Shown piece after piece: positions 30,136 through 40,919 of a stretch of 64,000 nucleotides of DNA. The notes beneath the pieces were generated by a model. That model was not told where the DNA came from. It saw nothing but the letters and a program-made list of their open reading frames with translations, and searched no databases. Source of the DNA: an uncultured Actinomycetota bacterium (GTDB lineage: Bacteria; Actinomycetota; Actinomycetes; Propionibacteriales; Nocardioidaceae). The position numbers and the translations under genes were made by a program. Numbering within the stretch: the stretch's first letter is position 1; every line of letters begins with the position of its first letter. The stretch is taken from assembly GCA_963825455.1 (NCBI GenBank), contig CAWGTG010000001.1, forward strand, positions 84,284 to 148,283, written 5' to 3'.

Positions 30136-30887
30136 GCGACGCCAGCTTCGAAGCCGATGAGCAGCTCGGCGATCTGCTGCGGCGACATCGCGGCGTGATC
30201 GCCGACCAGCCGGCCGTCCGCGAGCACGAGCACGCGGTCGGCGTACGACGCCGCCACCGGGTCGTGGCTGACCATGACGATGGTCTGGCCGTACTCGCGG
30301 GCGGCCGTGCGGAGCAGCCCGAGCACCTCGCGGGAGCTGCGGGTGTCGAGGTTGCCCGTCGGTTCGTCGGCCAGCACGACCGCCGGCCGCGGGGCCAGCG
30401 CACGTGCGATCGCGACCCGCTGCTGCTGTCCGCCGGAGAGCTCGCCGGGCCGGTGGTCCACCCGGTTGGCCAGGCCGAGCACGTCGACGAGGTGGTCGAC
30501 CCAGGCGCGCTCCTCGGCCGACAGCCGGCGGCCGGCCAGCTCGAACGGGAGCAGCACGTTCTCCAGCACGTCGAGGGTCGGCACCAGGTTGTAGGACTGG
30601 AAGACGAACCCCACGTGCACGCGGCGCAGGAGGGTCCGGGCCCGGTCGTCCATGCGGTGCAACGGCTGGCCGGCGACGTGGACCTCCCCGGCGGTGACGT
30701 CGTCCAGCCCCGCCGCGACGTTCATGAACGTCGACTTGCCCGAGCCGGACGGGCCCATCACGGCGGTGAAGCCGCCGCGCGGCACGACGACGGTCACGTC
30801 GTCGAGGGCACGCACCTCGCCGGCGCCCCGGCCGTAGACCTTGCTGACCGAGTGGAACGAGACGACGGAGTCGACAGGGGATCCCAT
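30132..30887 (-). CDS. ABC transporter ATP-binding protein (LolD/MacB-like)
   Basis: GPSGSGKS, LSGGQQQR and ADEPTGNLD motifs. Confidence 0.95.
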   Translation of the reverse strand: MGSPVDSVVSFHSVSKVYGRGAGEVRALDDVTVVVPRGGFTAVMGPSGSGKSTFMNVAAGLDDVTAGEVHVAGQPLHRMDDRARTLLRRVHVGFVFQSYNLVPTLDVLENVLLPFELAGRRLSAEERAWVDHLVDVLGLANRVDHRPGELSGGQQQRVAIARALAPRPAVVLADEPTGNLDTRSSREVLGLLRTAAREYGQTIVMVSHDPVAASYADRVLVLADGRLVGDHAAMSPQQIAELLIGFEAGVA

Positions 30888-30945
30888 GCCCTCGACGCTA
30901 GGAGCGCGGGCGCGGGGGCACATCGGCCGCGAGCGGGGTCTTGCC

Positions 30946-30961
30946 TACATCGCAGGATGTA
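30946..30961. promoter_or_regulatory. inverted repeat, probable NarL-type response regulator site
   Basis: TACATC-GCAG-GATGTA upstream of the ABC operon promoter, next to the two-component genes. Confidence 0.55.
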
Positions 30962-31002
30962 CTTGCGGCGGCTGGGATGCCTCGCCCGGGACATTTCCAC
31001 CA

Positions 31003-31117
31003 GGCGGATCGCGAGCGGAGCTCGCGCCCCCCGCGAGTCGACCTCGCGCCCGTGACGACGGCGAAGCGGGCGAGCGAAGCTCGCGTCGTCACGGGGTGGG
31101 GTCGAAATTTGCGGGGG
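31003..31117. repeat. intergenic palindromic element, family A
   Basis: GGCGGATCGCGAGCGGAGCTCGCG and CCCGTGACGAC-GGCGAAGCGGGCGAGCGAAGCTCGC-GTCGTCACGGG hairpin. Confidence 0.65.
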
Positions 31118-31120
31118 TAT

Positions 31121-31765
31121 TCACAGCAGCCCGTGCTCGTAGGCGTAGACGACCAGCTGCACCCGGTCGCGCAGTCCGAGCTTGCCGAGGATCCGGGAGA
31201 CGTGGGTCTTCACCGTCGCCTCGGACAGGTGCTCGACGGCGGCGATCTCGGCGTTCGACAGCCCGCCGGCCGCGCGCAGCAGGATCTCCCGCTCGCGGGG
31301 AGTGAGCTGTTCGTACTCCGGGCCGGGGCCGCTGCGTGCCGAGCGGAACCGCTCCAGCATCGACCGGGTCGCCCCGGCGGCGACCACCTGGGAGCCGTCG
31401 GCGACGGCCCGGATCGCGGCGAGCAGCAGCTCGGGCCGGGCGTCCTTGAGCACGAACCCGCTCGCGCCGGCCTCGATCGCCGACACCGCGGCCTCGTCGA
31501 AGTCGAAGGTGGTGAGCACCAGCACCCGCGGCGCCTCGTCGCCGAGCCGGTCGTGCAGCAGACGGGTCGCCGTAACGCCGTCCACCCGGGACATCCGGAC
31601 GTCCATGACGACGACGTCCGGCCGGGACTGCGCGACCAGCCCGGGCACCTGGTCGCCGTCGTCTGCCTGCCCGACCACCTCGAGGTCGGGCTGGCTGTCC
31701 AGCACCATCGCGATGCCGGCGCGGAACATGGCCTGGTCGTCGACCAGCGCGACGCGGACCGTCAC
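31121..31765 (-). CDS. NarL/LuxR-family response regulator
   Basis: ALVDDQ, PDVVVMDVRM, LTPREREIL and TVKTHVSRILGKL motifs. Confidence 0.95.
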   Translation of the reverse strand: MTVRVALVDDQAMFRAGIAMVLDSQPDLEVVGQADDGDQVPGLVAQSRPDVVVMDVRMSRVDGVTATRLLHDRLGDEAPRVLVLTTFDFDEAAVSAIEAGASGFVLKDARPELLLAAIRAVADGSQVVAAGATRSMLERFRSARSGPGPEYEQLTPREREILLRAAGGLSNAEIAAVEHLSEATVKTHVSRILGKLGLRDRVQLVVYAYEHGLL

Positions 31766-32892
31766 GCGGCCGGCTCCGGGAGCTCGGCGCACACCGTCCA
31801 GGTGACGCCGTACACCCCGGCCTCGAACGTGCCGCCGGCCGCGGCCACCCGGTCTCGCATCCCCGCCAGCCCGTGGCCGGTGCCCGGACCGGTCGAGGAG
31901 CCTCGCACCCGGTTGCGCACGACCAGACGGTAGCCGTCGCGCCAGTCCTCCTCGACCTCGACCGGGTGCGCCAGGTCGCCGTGCTTGAGGGCGTTGGTCA
32001 GCGATTCCGCCAGCAGCCGCTGGGCAGCCACCGCGAGCAGCCCGGACGTCGAAGGATCGCCGTGCTCGACCAGCTGTACCTGCATCCCCGAGGCACGGAT
32101 CCGCTCGACGAGGGCGTCGCGGGAACCCCTGCCGGGTGGGGTCGCGGGCTCCTGGTAGCGCAGCTCGGCGAGAAGGTCGCGCAGGTCGGCGATGGAGCCG
32201 CGCGCTGTGTCCGCGATGACGTCGAGCGCCTTCGCCGCCTTGCGGTCACCCTCGGGACCGTCGAGTGCGTAGCGAGCGCCGTCAGCCTGGGCCGCCACCA
32301 CCGCCCACGTGTGGGCGACCAGGTCGTGCATGTCGGCGGCGATCCGGGTCCGCTCCTGCTCGAGCCCCGCCTGCACCTGGGCGGTGATGCGAGCCCGGCT
32401 CTGCCAGCGCACGTAGCCGGCCGCCCAGCCGCCACCGGCGACCAGGGCCGCCAACGACGCCGAACCCGCGACAGCGAAGGCGACCGAGACACCGCTCACC
32501 GCGTCGACCCCGTCGACGCCGACCATCGTGGCCAGCACGGCGGCCGACCCCAGCGCGCCGACCAGCCCGAAGCGGCGGACCGCGGCTCGCGGATGCGCGC
32601 CCAGGACGAAGAACACGCCCGCGTAGCCAAGGTCAGCGAGCAGGACCAGCTCCCCGCCCACCAGCTGGCACCCGCCGGCCCCGGCCGCCAGCACAACCAT
32701 GGCCGGCCACGACAGGCGGCGTACGGCGAGCGCGAGACCCATCGTCAGCGTGCCCACGATGGCCGGCACGGACTGCTGGATGGCAGGAAGGATGGCGAGC
32801 AGCGTGAAGCCACCGGCAGCGAGGACGTCGAACAGCAGCTGCCGCGGCCTCGGCCGGGCACCCTCGCCCCAGAGATCCTGCGGGTCCTGCAC
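31762..32892 (-). CDS. HisKA_3 sensor histidine kinase
   Basis: ERTRIAADMHDLVAH, ESLTNALKHG and GHGLAGMRDR motifs. Confidence 0.93.
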   Translation of the reverse strand: MQDPQDLWGEGARPRPRQLLFDVLAAGGFTLLAILPAIQQSVPAIVGTLTMGLALAVRRLSWPAMVVLAAGAGGCQLVGGELVLLADLGYAGVFFVLGAHPRAAVRRFGLVGALGSAAVLATMVGVDGVDAVSGVSVAFAVAGSASLAALVAGGGWAAGYVRWQSRARITAQVQAGLEQERTRIAADMHDLVAHTWAVVAAQADGARYALDGPEGDRKAAKALDVIADTARGSIADLRDLLAELRYQEPATPPGRGSRDALVERIRASGMQVQLVEHGDPSTSGLLAVAAQRLLAESLTNALKHGDLAHPVEVEEDWRDGYRLVVRNRVRGSSTGPGTGHGLAGMRDRVAAAGGTFEAGVYGVTWTVCAELPEPAA

Positions 32893-32911
32893 TCCCTCAG
32901 ATTATGGGGAG

Positions 32912-34804
32912 TCAGGCTACGGCAGCGGCGAACTGCGACTGGTAGAGCCGCGCGTAGGCGCCGCCGCTCGCCAGGAGGGACTCGTGGTTGCCCTGCTCGA
33001 CGATCCGGCCGTCCTCCATCACCAGGATCAGGTCGGCGTCGCGGATCGTGGAGAGCCGGTGCGCGATGACGAACGACGTCCGGTCGGTGCGCAGCGCCGC
33101 CATCGCGTGCTGGAGCAGCAGCTCGGTGCGGGTGTCGACCGACGAGGTGGCCTCGTCGAGGATCAGCAGCGCCGGGTCGGCGAGGAAGGCACGCGCGATC
33201 GTGAGCAGCTGGCGCTCGCCGGCGGACAGGTTGCCGCCGTCCTCGTCGACCAGCGTTTCGTAGCCGTCGGGCAGCGAGTGCACGAACCGGTCCACGAACG
33301 TCGCCCGGGCCGCCTCGAGCAGCTCGTCCTCGGTCGCGTCGGGGCGGCCGTAGAGGATGTTGTCGCGGATGGTGCCCTTGAACAGCCAGGTGTCCTGGAG
33401 CACCATCCCGATCCGGCCGCGCAGCGCGGCGCGGGGCATCGCGGTGATGTCGGTGCCGTCGAGGGTGATCCGGCCGGCGTCGAGCTCGTAGAAGCGCATC
33501 ACGAGGTTGACCAGCGTGGTCTTGCCGGCGCCGGTCGGGCCGACGATCGCGACCGTCTGGCCGGGGCTGGCGACCAGCGAGAGGTCCTCGATGAGCGGCT
33601 CGGCGGGGTCGTAGCTGAAGGACACGTGCTCGAACCGCACCTCGCCACGACCTGCCGGGGGAACGACCGGGGTGCTGTCGGGCACCTGCTCGTCGGCGTC
33701 CAGCAGCTCGAAGACCCGCTCGGCAGAGGCAACACCGGACTGCAGGAGGTTCATCATCGAGGCGACCTGGGTGAGCGGCTGCATGAACTGTCGTGAGTAC
33801 TGGATGAAGGCCTGCACCTCGCCCAGCGTGAGCGTGCCGTGCGCGACCCGGAGGCCGCCGATGACCGCCACCACGACGTAGTTGAGGTTCCCGATGAACA
33901 TCATCACCGGCATGATCAGCCCGCTCACGAACTGCGCCTTGAACGACGCCTCGTAGAGCTCGTCGTTCTCCGCCGCGAAGGCCCGCTCGACCTCTGCACG
34001 CCGACCGAAGACGGTGACCAGCGCGTGGCCGGAGAAGGACTCCTCGATGTGCGCGTTGAGCTTGCCGGTGCGGCGCCACTGGGCGATGAACTGGCCCTGC
34101 GACCGCTTCATGATCCGCGAGGTCACGAACATCGACAGCGGAACGGAGACCAGCGCGATCAGCGCCAACAGCGGTGAGATCCAGAGCATCATCGCCAGCA
34201 CCGCGACCACGGTGAGCACCGACGTCAGCAGCTGGCTCATCGTCTGCTGCAGGGTCTGGCTGATGTTGTCGATGTCGTTGGTGACCCGGCTCATCAGCTC
34301 GCCGCGGGGCTGCTTGTCGAAGTACTCGAGCGGCAGAACGTTGACCTTGTCCTCGACGTCGGAGCGCATCCGGCGGACGGTGCCCTGCACCACGTCGTTG
34401 AGCAGGTAGCCCTGGCCCCAGGAGAGCGCCGACCCGACCGTGTAGACGGCCAGGACCTGCAGCAGGATCGTGCGGACCGCTCCGAAGTCGACCGCCCGGT
34501 GGGCCAGGAAGGCACCGAAGATCTCGTCGGTCGCGTGCCCGAGCAGCCGGGGGCCGTAGGCGAGCAGGAAGACGCTGGCCACGCAGAGGGCGATGACGGC
34601 GTAGGCGCGGTTGCGCTCCGGCGCCATCCTGCGGATCAGCCGTTTGGCCGAGGGGCCGAAGGTCATCGCCTTCTGGCCGACCTGGCCGCCGCCCATCGGG
34701 CCCCGGCCGGGGCCGCCCATGGGCGCCTCGATCCGCTCGGTCTGCTTCATGGCTGCCCCGCCCTTGGGAGCAGCGCCCTTGGGGGCGGGCGCGGTCGTCG
34801 TCAT
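32912..34804 (-). CDS. heterodimeric ABC exporter subunit (TMD+NBD)
   Basis: [26 protein letters not shown] and IAHRLSTI motifs. Confidence 0.95.
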   Translation of the reverse strand: MTTTAPAPKGAAPKGGAAMKQTERIEAPMGGPGRGPMGGGQVGQKAMTFGPSAKRLIRRMAPERNRAYAVIALCVASVFLLAYGPRLLGHATDEIFGAFLAHRAVDFGAVRTILLQVLAVYTVGSALSWGQGYLLNDVVQGTVRRMRSDVEDKVNVLPLEYFDKQPRGELMSRVTNDIDNISQTLQQTMSQLLTSVLTVVAVLAMMLWISPLLALIALVSVPLSMFVTSRIMKRSQGQFIAQWRRTGKLNAHIEESFSGHALVTVFGRRAEVERAFAAENDELYEASFKAQFVSGLIMPVMMFIGNLNYVVVAVIGGLRVAHGTLTLGEVQAFIQYSRQFMQPLTQVASMMNLLQSGVASAERVFELLDADEQVPDSTPVVPPAGRGEVRFEHVSFSYDPAEPLIEDLSLVASPGQTVAIVGPTGAGKTTLVNLVMRFYELDAGRITLDGTDITAMPRAALRGRIGMVLQDTWLFKGTIRDNILYGRPDATEDELLEAARATFVDRFVHSLPDGYETLVDEDGGNLSAGERQLLTIARAFLADPALLILDEATSSVDTRTELLLQHAMAALRTDRTSFVIAHRLSTIRDADLILVMEDGRIVEQGNHESLLASGGAYARLYQSQFAAAVA

Positions 34805-36534
34805 GCTGCCTCCTCGGCTGTCAGCTGGGAGGCGACGATCTCCTGGTAGGTCTCGTTGCTCTCGAGCAGCTGGGCGTGGGTGCCGCGGCCGACCACGCGG
34901 CCGTCCTCCATCACCAGGATCAGGTCGGCGTCGCGGATGGTGGAGACCCGCTGGGCGACCACGACGACGGTGGAGTCGCGGGTCTCGGGGCGCAGTGCCG
35001 CACGCAGGCGGGCGTCGGTGGTCAGGTCGAGCGCGGAGAACGCGTCGTCGAACAGGTAGATCTCCGGGCGGCGTACGAGCGCGCGGGCGATGGCGAGACG
35101 CTGCCGCTGACCGCCCGAGACGTTGGTGCCGCCCTGGACGATCGGGGCCTCCAGCCTCTCCGGCATGCGCTCGACGAAGTCGCGGGCCTGCGCGATCTCC
35201 AGCGCCCGCCAGAGCTCGTCGTCGGTGGCGTCCGGCTTGCCATGCAGAAGGTTGCTGCGGACGGTCCCGGTGAACAGGAACGCCTGCTGCGGCACCAGCC
35301 CGATCCGCGACCACAACAGCTCGGGCTCCATCTCGCGGACGTCGACGCCGTCCACCCGCACCGCGCCCGAGGTCGCGTCGAACAGCCTCGGAACCAGGTT
35401 GACCAGGGTGGACTTGCCGGCGCCGGTCGAGCCGACGATCGCGACGGTCTGGCCCGGGCGGGCGCTGAAGCTGACGTCACAGAGCACCGGCTGCTCGGCG
35501 CCCGGGTAGGTGAACGAGACGTCGGCCAGATCGAGCTCGCCGTGGCGGGTGAGCTCGACGACGCCCTCGCGGGGAGGTACGACGCTGGGCACGGTGTCCA
35601 GCACCTCGCTGATCCGGTCCGCGCACACGGCCGAGCGCGGGATCTGCATCAGCATGAACGTCCCCATCATCACGCTCATCAGGATCTGCATCAGGTAGCT
35701 CAGGAACGCCGTCAGCGCCCCGACCTGCATCTGGCCCTCGTTGACCCGGTGACCGCCGTACCAGATCACCGCGACGCTGGAGATGTTCACCACGAGCATC
35801 ACCAGCGGGAACATGGTCGCCATCCAGCGGCCGGCCCGGATCGACACCTCGGTGAGGCCGTCGTTCGCCTCGGCGAATCGCTGCCGCTCCCGCGGCTCGC
35901 GGACGAACGCGCGGACCACCCGGATGCCGCTGATCTGCTCGCGCAGGATCCGGTTCACGTCGTCGATGCGGCTCTGCACCAGGCGGAAGCTCGGGACCAT
36001 CTGCGAGACCACGAGGCCGACGGAGACGAACAGCGCGGGCACGACGACCGCGAGCAGCCACGACAGACCGAGGTCCTCGCGCATCGCCATCACGATCCCG
36101 CCGACCATCATGATCGGCACCTGCACGGCCAACGAGCAGGCCAGCAGGGCGAGCATCTGCACCTGCTGGACGTCGTTGGTGTTGCGGGTGATCAGCGACG
36201 GGGCGCCGAACTGCGCGACCTCGCGGCCGGAGAACGCGCCCACGCGGTGGAAGACCGCGGCGCGCACGTCACGGCCGAACGACATCGCGGTGCGGGACGC
36301 GCAGGCGACCGCGACGACCGAGCAGAGGATCTGGAGCAGCGAGACACCGAGCATGATCATGCCGACGTGGAGGATGTAGTCGGTGTCGCCGACCGCCACT
36401 CCGCGGTCGATGATGTCGGCGTTGAGGCTGGGCAGGTAGAGCATCGCGACAGTCGCGGTGAACTGCAGCACCACGATGGCGGCCAGCCACGGCTTGTACG
36501 GCGCCAGGTGCGTGCGCAGGAGGCGCAAGAGCAT
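34801..36534 (-). CDS. heterodimeric ABC exporter subunit (TMD+NBD, degenerate site)
   Basis: [27 protein letters not shown] and VAQRVSTI motifs. Confidence 0.95.
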   Translation of the reverse strand: MLLRLLRTHLAPYKPWLAAIVVLQFTATVAMLYLPSLNADIIDRGVAVGDTDYILHVGMIMLGVSLLQILCSVVAVACASRTAMSFGRDVRAAVFHRVGAFSGREVAQFGAPSLITRNTNDVQQVQMLALLACSLAVQVPIMMVGGIVMAMREDLGLSWLLAVVVPALFVSVGLVVSQMVPSFRLVQSRIDDVNRILREQISGIRVVRAFVREPRERQRFAEANDGLTEVSIRAGRWMATMFPLVMLVVNISSVAVIWYGGHRVNEGQMQVGALTAFLSYLMQILMSVMMGTFMLMQIPRSAVCADRISEVLDTVPSVVPPREGVVELTRHGELDLADVSFTYPGAEQPVLCDVSFSARPGQTVAIVGSTGAGKSTLVNLVPRLFDATSGAVRVDGVDVREMEPELLWSRIGLVPQQAFLFTGTVRSNLLHGKPDATDDELWRALEIAQARDFVERMPERLEAPIVQGGTNVSGGQRQRLAIARALVRRPEIYLFDDAFSALDLTTDARLRAALRPETRDSTVVVVAQRVSTIRDADLILVMEDGRVVGRGTHAQLLESNETYQEIVASQLTAEEAA

Positions 36535-37160
36535 CAGTGGTCTCCCTTCTCGACCCCGCGCAGGATCACGTCCGCGACCTGCTCCGGGGTGAGACGGCGT
36601 TCGGCGCCCTGCACGCCGGGGTGTCGGCTCCCGAGGACCAGCGCGCGCAGCGCGATCGCGGCCTCCTCGGGAGTGGTCCGGAGCTCGTCGGCGTGGGGCG
36701 CGAAGAGGACGTTGGTGAGGTTGTCGAGCAGCGCCTCCTGGGCCTTGGTGACGAACGCCGGCGGGCCCTGGTCCTTGGCCGGCGGCCCGTCGCTCATCCA
36801 GAGCTGGCGCAGCGCCATCATCACGCGCATCACCCGGTAGGAGCGCTCCTCCAGCCGGGTGGCGACCCGGACGACCTTGTCGCGCAGGCCGTCGAGGTCG
36901 GCCAGCTGTTCGGCCATGTCGTCGGTGGAACCTGGCGGGTTCATCACGTGCTCGGCCACCGCGTGGAAGAGCGCCCGCATGTCGGGGAAGACCCGGAAGA
37001 TCGTGCCCTCCGCGACGCCGGCCGCCTCGGCGACCAGCCGGCTCGTCACGGTGGCGCCGTGCTCCATCACGAGCGCGACGGTGGCCTCGACGATCTCGGC
37101 GCGCCGCTCATCCGGCGACAGGGGCCGGGCGCGCTCCCGGCGGGCGGTGATGTCAGGCAT
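36534..37160 (-). CDS. TetR-family regulator of the ABC exporter
   Basis: VAEAAGVAEGTIFRVF HTH; TAGAAT -10 box 7 nt before ATG (leaderless). Confidence 0.9.
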   Translation of the reverse strand: MPDITARRERARPLSPDERRAEIVEATVALVMEHGATVTSRLVAEAAGVAEGTIFRVFPDMRALFHAVAEHVMNPPGSTDDMAEQLADLDGLRDKVVRVATRLEERSYRVMRVMMALRQLWMSDGPPAKDQGPPAFVTKAQEALLDNLTNVLFAPHADELRTTPEEAAIALRALVLGSRHPGVQGAERRLTPEQVADVILRGVEKGDH

Positions 37161-37174
37161 GCCTGGCATTCTAA

Positions 37175-37194
37175 GTGAGTGAGCGCTCACTCAC
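37175..37194. promoter_or_regulatory. perfect 20-bp palindrome, probable TetR operator
   Basis: GTGAGTGAGC-GCTCACTCAC adjacent to the -10 box. Confidence 0.8.
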
Positions 37195-37204
37195 AACCTG
37201 TTTC

Positions 37205-37672
37205 TTACCTGCGCGTGCCCGTCCAGGCCACGGTGTAGCCGCACGTCTGGCCTCCGGTCACCGCGGCCACCACCTCGGCCTCGAAACCGTCGTCGCCGAA
37301 GGTCCCGGTGACCGCGAGCGAGTGCGTGTCCGAACCGACCGTCACCGGGACGGCTGCAGTGGCGAAGCTCCCGTCGTCCCGCAGCGGGCCGACGTAGCTG
37401 ATGCCGGCGTGGATGAGGGTGACGGAGTCGCCGTCCTGCTCGACCGTGGTCTCGTTGTCGGCCACCTCGATGCCCTCACAGGTGCTGTCGAGCAGCTCGA
37501 CCACGGTGTCGTAGTCACCTGCGAAGGTCGCTCCCGCTGAAGACTCGGACGACGGTCCTGGCGCCGGCTCGGCCTCCGGTTCCGAGTCGTCGTCGCCGGA
37601 GCAGCCCGCCACCAGCAGCACCGCTGCCACCAGCAGTGCGACCAGTGGTGATCCGCGTGACGTCCGCTTCAG
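37205..37672 (-). CDS. putative lipoprotein (start uncertain)
   Basis: LLVAAVLLVAG-C lipobox, acidic linker, beta-rich domain with two Cys. Confidence 0.65.
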   Translation of the reverse strand: MKRTSRGSPLVALLVAAVLLVAGCSGDDDSEPEAEPAPGPSSESSAGATFAGDYDTVVELLDSTCEGIEVADNETTVEQDGDSVTLIHAGISYVGPLRDDGSFATAAVPVTVGSDTHSLAVTGTFGDDGFEAEVVAAVTGGQTCGYTVAWTGTRR

Positions 37673-38505
37673 AGCGACGGCTCCATGGGTGCGGCCGGCG
37701 GTGCCGGCTCGGCGGGCGCGGGATCGAGTGCTCCGAGCAGGGCCCGGAGCCGGTCCTCGTTGCGCTCGAGCACGTCGAGGCTGACGTCGGCGGCGCCGGG
37801 CTTGCCGTTCTGGTACTCGAAGGGGTTGTCGAGATCCCGGATCAGTCCGACCAGGTAGAACAGCAGGTAGCTCAACAGCCCGACCAGGAAGAGCGATGGC
37901 CCCGGCTTGCCGAGGTCGGTGATGATCAGCACGACCATGAGGGCCGTCGCGGTCACCTCTGCGATCAGGTAGCCGGCCGAGACGTACGACGTGCGGCGCA
38001 TCGTGTCCATCCGGATCACGAGCTTGCGGATCGAGGCCTGCTCGGTCTTGAGCCGAGTCGTGAAACCAGCCTGGATCGCCGGGGCGAACACCCTGAACGG
38101 GCCGTTGAGCGCACGGATGTCCGACATGACGTCGTCGAAGCCGCGGTTCTGCATCAGCCACATCCGGATCGACTTGCTGATCTCGATCAGCTGAGCCAGG
38201 CCGGTCTTGGCCTCGGGCAGCTTCAGCTCGTCATAGGTGATCAGGCACTCGTCGGCGATCGTCTCGAGGCTGGAGGCGACCTCGCCCGGCAGCCGCTCGG
38301 CCTCCTTGAAGTCACCGGCCGTGCCGGCGAGGAGGAAGCCCACGATGAAGACCTCGGCAGCGACCGCGCCGGCCAGCAGCGGGTTCACCTCGAAGACTTC
38401 CCATTCGGACGCATGGACGATCAGCTTGAGGATGATCACGGCCAGGGCCCACGGCAGCGCGCCGATGAGCAGCCGCGGACTCCCCCGGAAGAGGTGCTTG
38501 ATCAC
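37669..38505 (-). CDS. bestrophin-like (DUF4239-like) membrane protein
   Basis: 2+2 TM topology, GFLL..DFKEAER and LIRDLDNPF motifs. Confidence 0.6.
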   Translation of the reverse strand: MIKHLFRGSPRLLIGALPWALAVIILKLIVHASEWEVFEVNPLLAGAVAAEVFIVGFLLAGTAGDFKEAERLPGEVASSLETIADECLITYDELKLPEAKTGLAQLIEISKSIRMWLMQNRGFDDVMSDIRALNGPFRVFAPAIQAGFTTRLKTEQASIRKLVIRMDTMRRTSYVSAGYLIAEVTATALMVVLIITDLGKPGPSLFLVGLLSYLLFYLVGLIRDLDNPFEYQNGKPGAADVSLDVLERNEDRLRALLGALDPAPAEPAPPAAPMEPSL

Positions 38506-38565
38506 AAGGGAAGACGTTATGTCGCCACCGGCCGTCGCGCATGGTCACTGTGGGCCATTTGAGCG

Positions 38566-39234
38566 CTACGGTGCGAGCCGCTCCGTGCGCCAGCCGTCCG
38601 CCGTACGCCGGTAGACCAACCGGTCGTGCATCCGGCCCGGCCGGCCCTGCCAGAACTCCACCGACTCCGGGTGCACGAGGTAGCCGCCCCACTCCGTGGG
38701 AGTAGGCACCGCGCCGTCGGCATGGAGCCGCTCCGCGTCGTCGTACGCCGCCATCAGCTCGTCTCGACCGGAGACGACGCTCGACTGGTGCGACGCCCAG
38801 GCGCCGAGCTGGGAACCGCGCGGGCGGACCGCGAAGTAGGCGTCGACATCGGCCCGCGGAAGGAGGGAGGCGGTGCCGTCGACGCGGACCTGGCGCTCGA
38901 GCGGGTGCCACGGGAAGAGCAGCGCGATCCGCGGGTTGCCGGCGAGCTCGCCGCCCTTGCGGGAGCCCGTGTTGGTGTAGAAGACGAAGCCGTCCTCGGA
39001 GACGCCCTTGAGCAGCACCAGCCGCGCCGAGGGCGCGAAGTCGGCGGACACGGTGGCCACCACCATGGCGTTGGGCTCGTGCAGCCCGGCTGCGTGCGCG
39101 TCGTCGTACCAGCGGCGGAACATCGCGATCGGGTCGGGCAGCAGGTCTGACTCGACCAGCCCGCCTCGGGTGTACTCCTCGCGGGCTGCGACGACAGCGT
39201 CGAGCGCGTCCGGGCCGTCGGGGTTGTCGGTCAT
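38566..39234 (-). CDS. pdxH: pyridoxamine 5'-phosphate oxidase
   Basis: RLVLLK, FYTNTGSRKG, EFWQGRPGRMHDR and ERLAP motifs. Confidence 0.96.
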   Translation of the reverse strand: MTDNPDGPDALDAVVAAREEYTRGGLVESDLLPDPIAMFRRWYDDAHAAGLHEPNAMVVATVSADFAPSARLVLLKGVSEDGFVFYTNTGSRKGGELAGNPRIALLFPWHPLERQVRVDGTASLLPRADVDAYFAVRPRGSQLGAWASHQSSVVSGRDELMAAYDDAERLHADGAVPTPTEWGGYLVHPESVEFWQGRPGRMHDRLVYRRTADGWRTERLAP

Positions 39235-39321
39235 GAGTGTCCCTGGAGCTTGCCGAGGTCCATGGACGTTCAACATACGGGCCCCCTCGCGTCTCGCTCG
39301 CGGTACGGCACAATGCGCGAC

Positions 39322-40443
39322 ATGGCCGACGACGTAGCCGCGGTGGCGGTGCACGAGGGTCTCGAGGGCGTCATCGCGTTCCAGACCGAGATCGCCGAGC
39401 CCGACAAGGAGGGGTCGGCGCTGCGCTACCGCGGCGTCGACATCGAGGAGATCGTCGGGCGGGTGCCGTTCGAGAACGTCTGGGGGCTGCTCATCGACGG
39501 CACCTACCAGCCCGGCCTACCGCCGGCCGAGCCCTACAACATCCCGATCCACACCGGTGACGTCCGGGCCGACGTCCAGGCCGCTGTTGCGATGCTGGCG
39601 CCGACGCTCGGGATGCGCCAGACCTACGACATCACCGACGAGCAGGCCCGCCTGGACCTCTCTCGAGTGGCGGTGATGGTGCTTTCGTACGCCGCCCAGG
39701 CGGCCCGCGGCCTCGGGCTCCCCATCGTGCCGCAGCGCGAGGTCGACAAGGGCAACTCGCTCGCGGAGCGGTTCCTGATCCGCTGGAAGGGCGAGCCCGA
39801 CCCCAAGCACGTCAAGGCGATCGACGCCTACTGGTCCTCCGCTGCGGAGCACGGCATGAACGCCTCCACGTTCACCGCCCGCGTGATCACGTCCACCGGC
39901 GCCGACGTCGCCGCGGCGTTCTCCGGGGCGATCGGAGCGATGAGCGGCCCGCTGCACGGGGGCGCGCCCGCGCGCGTCCTCACCATGATCGAAGAGGTCG
40001 AGAAGTCCGGCGATGCGGATGCCTACGTCAAGGGGCTGCTCGACGCCGGCGAGCGGCTGATGGGCTTCGGCCACCGCGTCTACCGGGCCGAGGACCCGCG
40101 CGCACGAGTGCTTCGCCGCACCGCGCGCGAGCTCGACGCGCCCCGCTACGAGGTGGCCGAAGCGCTGGAGAAGGCCGCGCTGGCCGAGCTGCGGTCCCGC
40201 CGCCCCGACCGGGTCCTCGAAACGAACGTCGAGTTCTGGGCCGCGATCGTCCTGGACTACGCCGAGGTGCCCGCGAACATGTTCACGTCGATGTTCACGT
40301 GCGCCCGCACCGGCGGCTGGTCGGCGCACATCCTCGAGCAGAAGAAGACCGGCCGGCTGATCCGCCCCTCGGCGATCTACGCCGGCCCGTCGGCGCGGCC
40401 TGCGACCGACGTCGACGGCTGGAAGGACGAGTGGTCGGCGTAG
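39322..40443 (+). CDS. citA: citrate synthase 2
   Basis: AEHGMNASTF, GPLHGGA, MGFGHRVY and TNVEFW motifs. Confidence 0.93.
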   Translation: MADDVAAVAVHEGLEGVIAFQTEIAEPDKEGSALRYRGVDIEEIVGRVPFENVWGLLIDGTYQPGLPPAEPYNIPIHTGDVRADVQAAVAMLAPTLGMRQTYDITDEQARLDLSRVAVMVLSYAAQAARGLGLPIVPQREVDKGNSLAERFLIRWKGEPDPKHVKAIDAYWSSAAEHGMNASTFTARVITSTGADVAAAFSGAIGAMSGPLHGGAPARVLTMIEEVEKSGDADAYVKGLLDAGERLMGFGHRVYRAEDPRARVLRRTARELDAPRYEVAEALEKAALAELRSRRPDRVLETNVEFWAAIVLDYAEVPANMFTSMFTCARTGGWSAHILEQKKTGRLIRPSAIYAGPSARPATDVDGWKDEWSA

Positions 40444-40472
40444 CTGTAGCCGACCGTCGCTGCGCAACCTCC

Positions 40473-40826
40473 TCAGCCACCGCTGGCAGGCCTGGCTCGC
40501 TTCGGCAGTCCCGCGACCACGAGGTCGTAGGAGTGCTCGACCATCTCCCGGAGGTCCTCGGCGCTCACCGACCCGTCGAGGTCGACGGAGTTCCAGTGCC
40601 TCTTGTTGGTGTGGTAGCCGGGCCGCACCGCGGCGTACTGATCCCTGAGCTCGAGCGCCTTCGCCGGGTCGCACTTGAGATTCACGAAGCCCGGGTCATC
40701 GTCCAGCGAGACCAGCGCGAACATCTTCCCGCCGACCTTGAAGACGGCCACCTCGTCGCCGAACGGGTAGTCCTCGACCGCGCCCGGCATCCCGGTGAGG
40801 AGGTCGAGCAGCCCGTCCCGGTCCAC
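40473..40826 (-). CDS. MmcQ/YjbR-family protein
   Basis: FKVGGKMFA, NLKCDP and PGYHTNKRHWNSV motifs. Confidence 0.92.
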   Translation of the reverse strand: MDRDGLLDLLTGMPGAVEDYPFGDEVAVFKVGGKMFALVSLDDDPGFVNLKCDPAKALELRDQYAAVRPGYHTNKRHWNSVDLDGSVSAEDLREMVEHSYDLVVAGLPKRARPASGG

Positions 40827-40919
40827 GGACCGATCATGCCCCGGCGTCCTGACACCGTCGTACTGACCTCCGGGCATGCCGCAGCCCCCGTTCGCGTGGT
40901 GCCCGGGAGGGCCTGCCCA

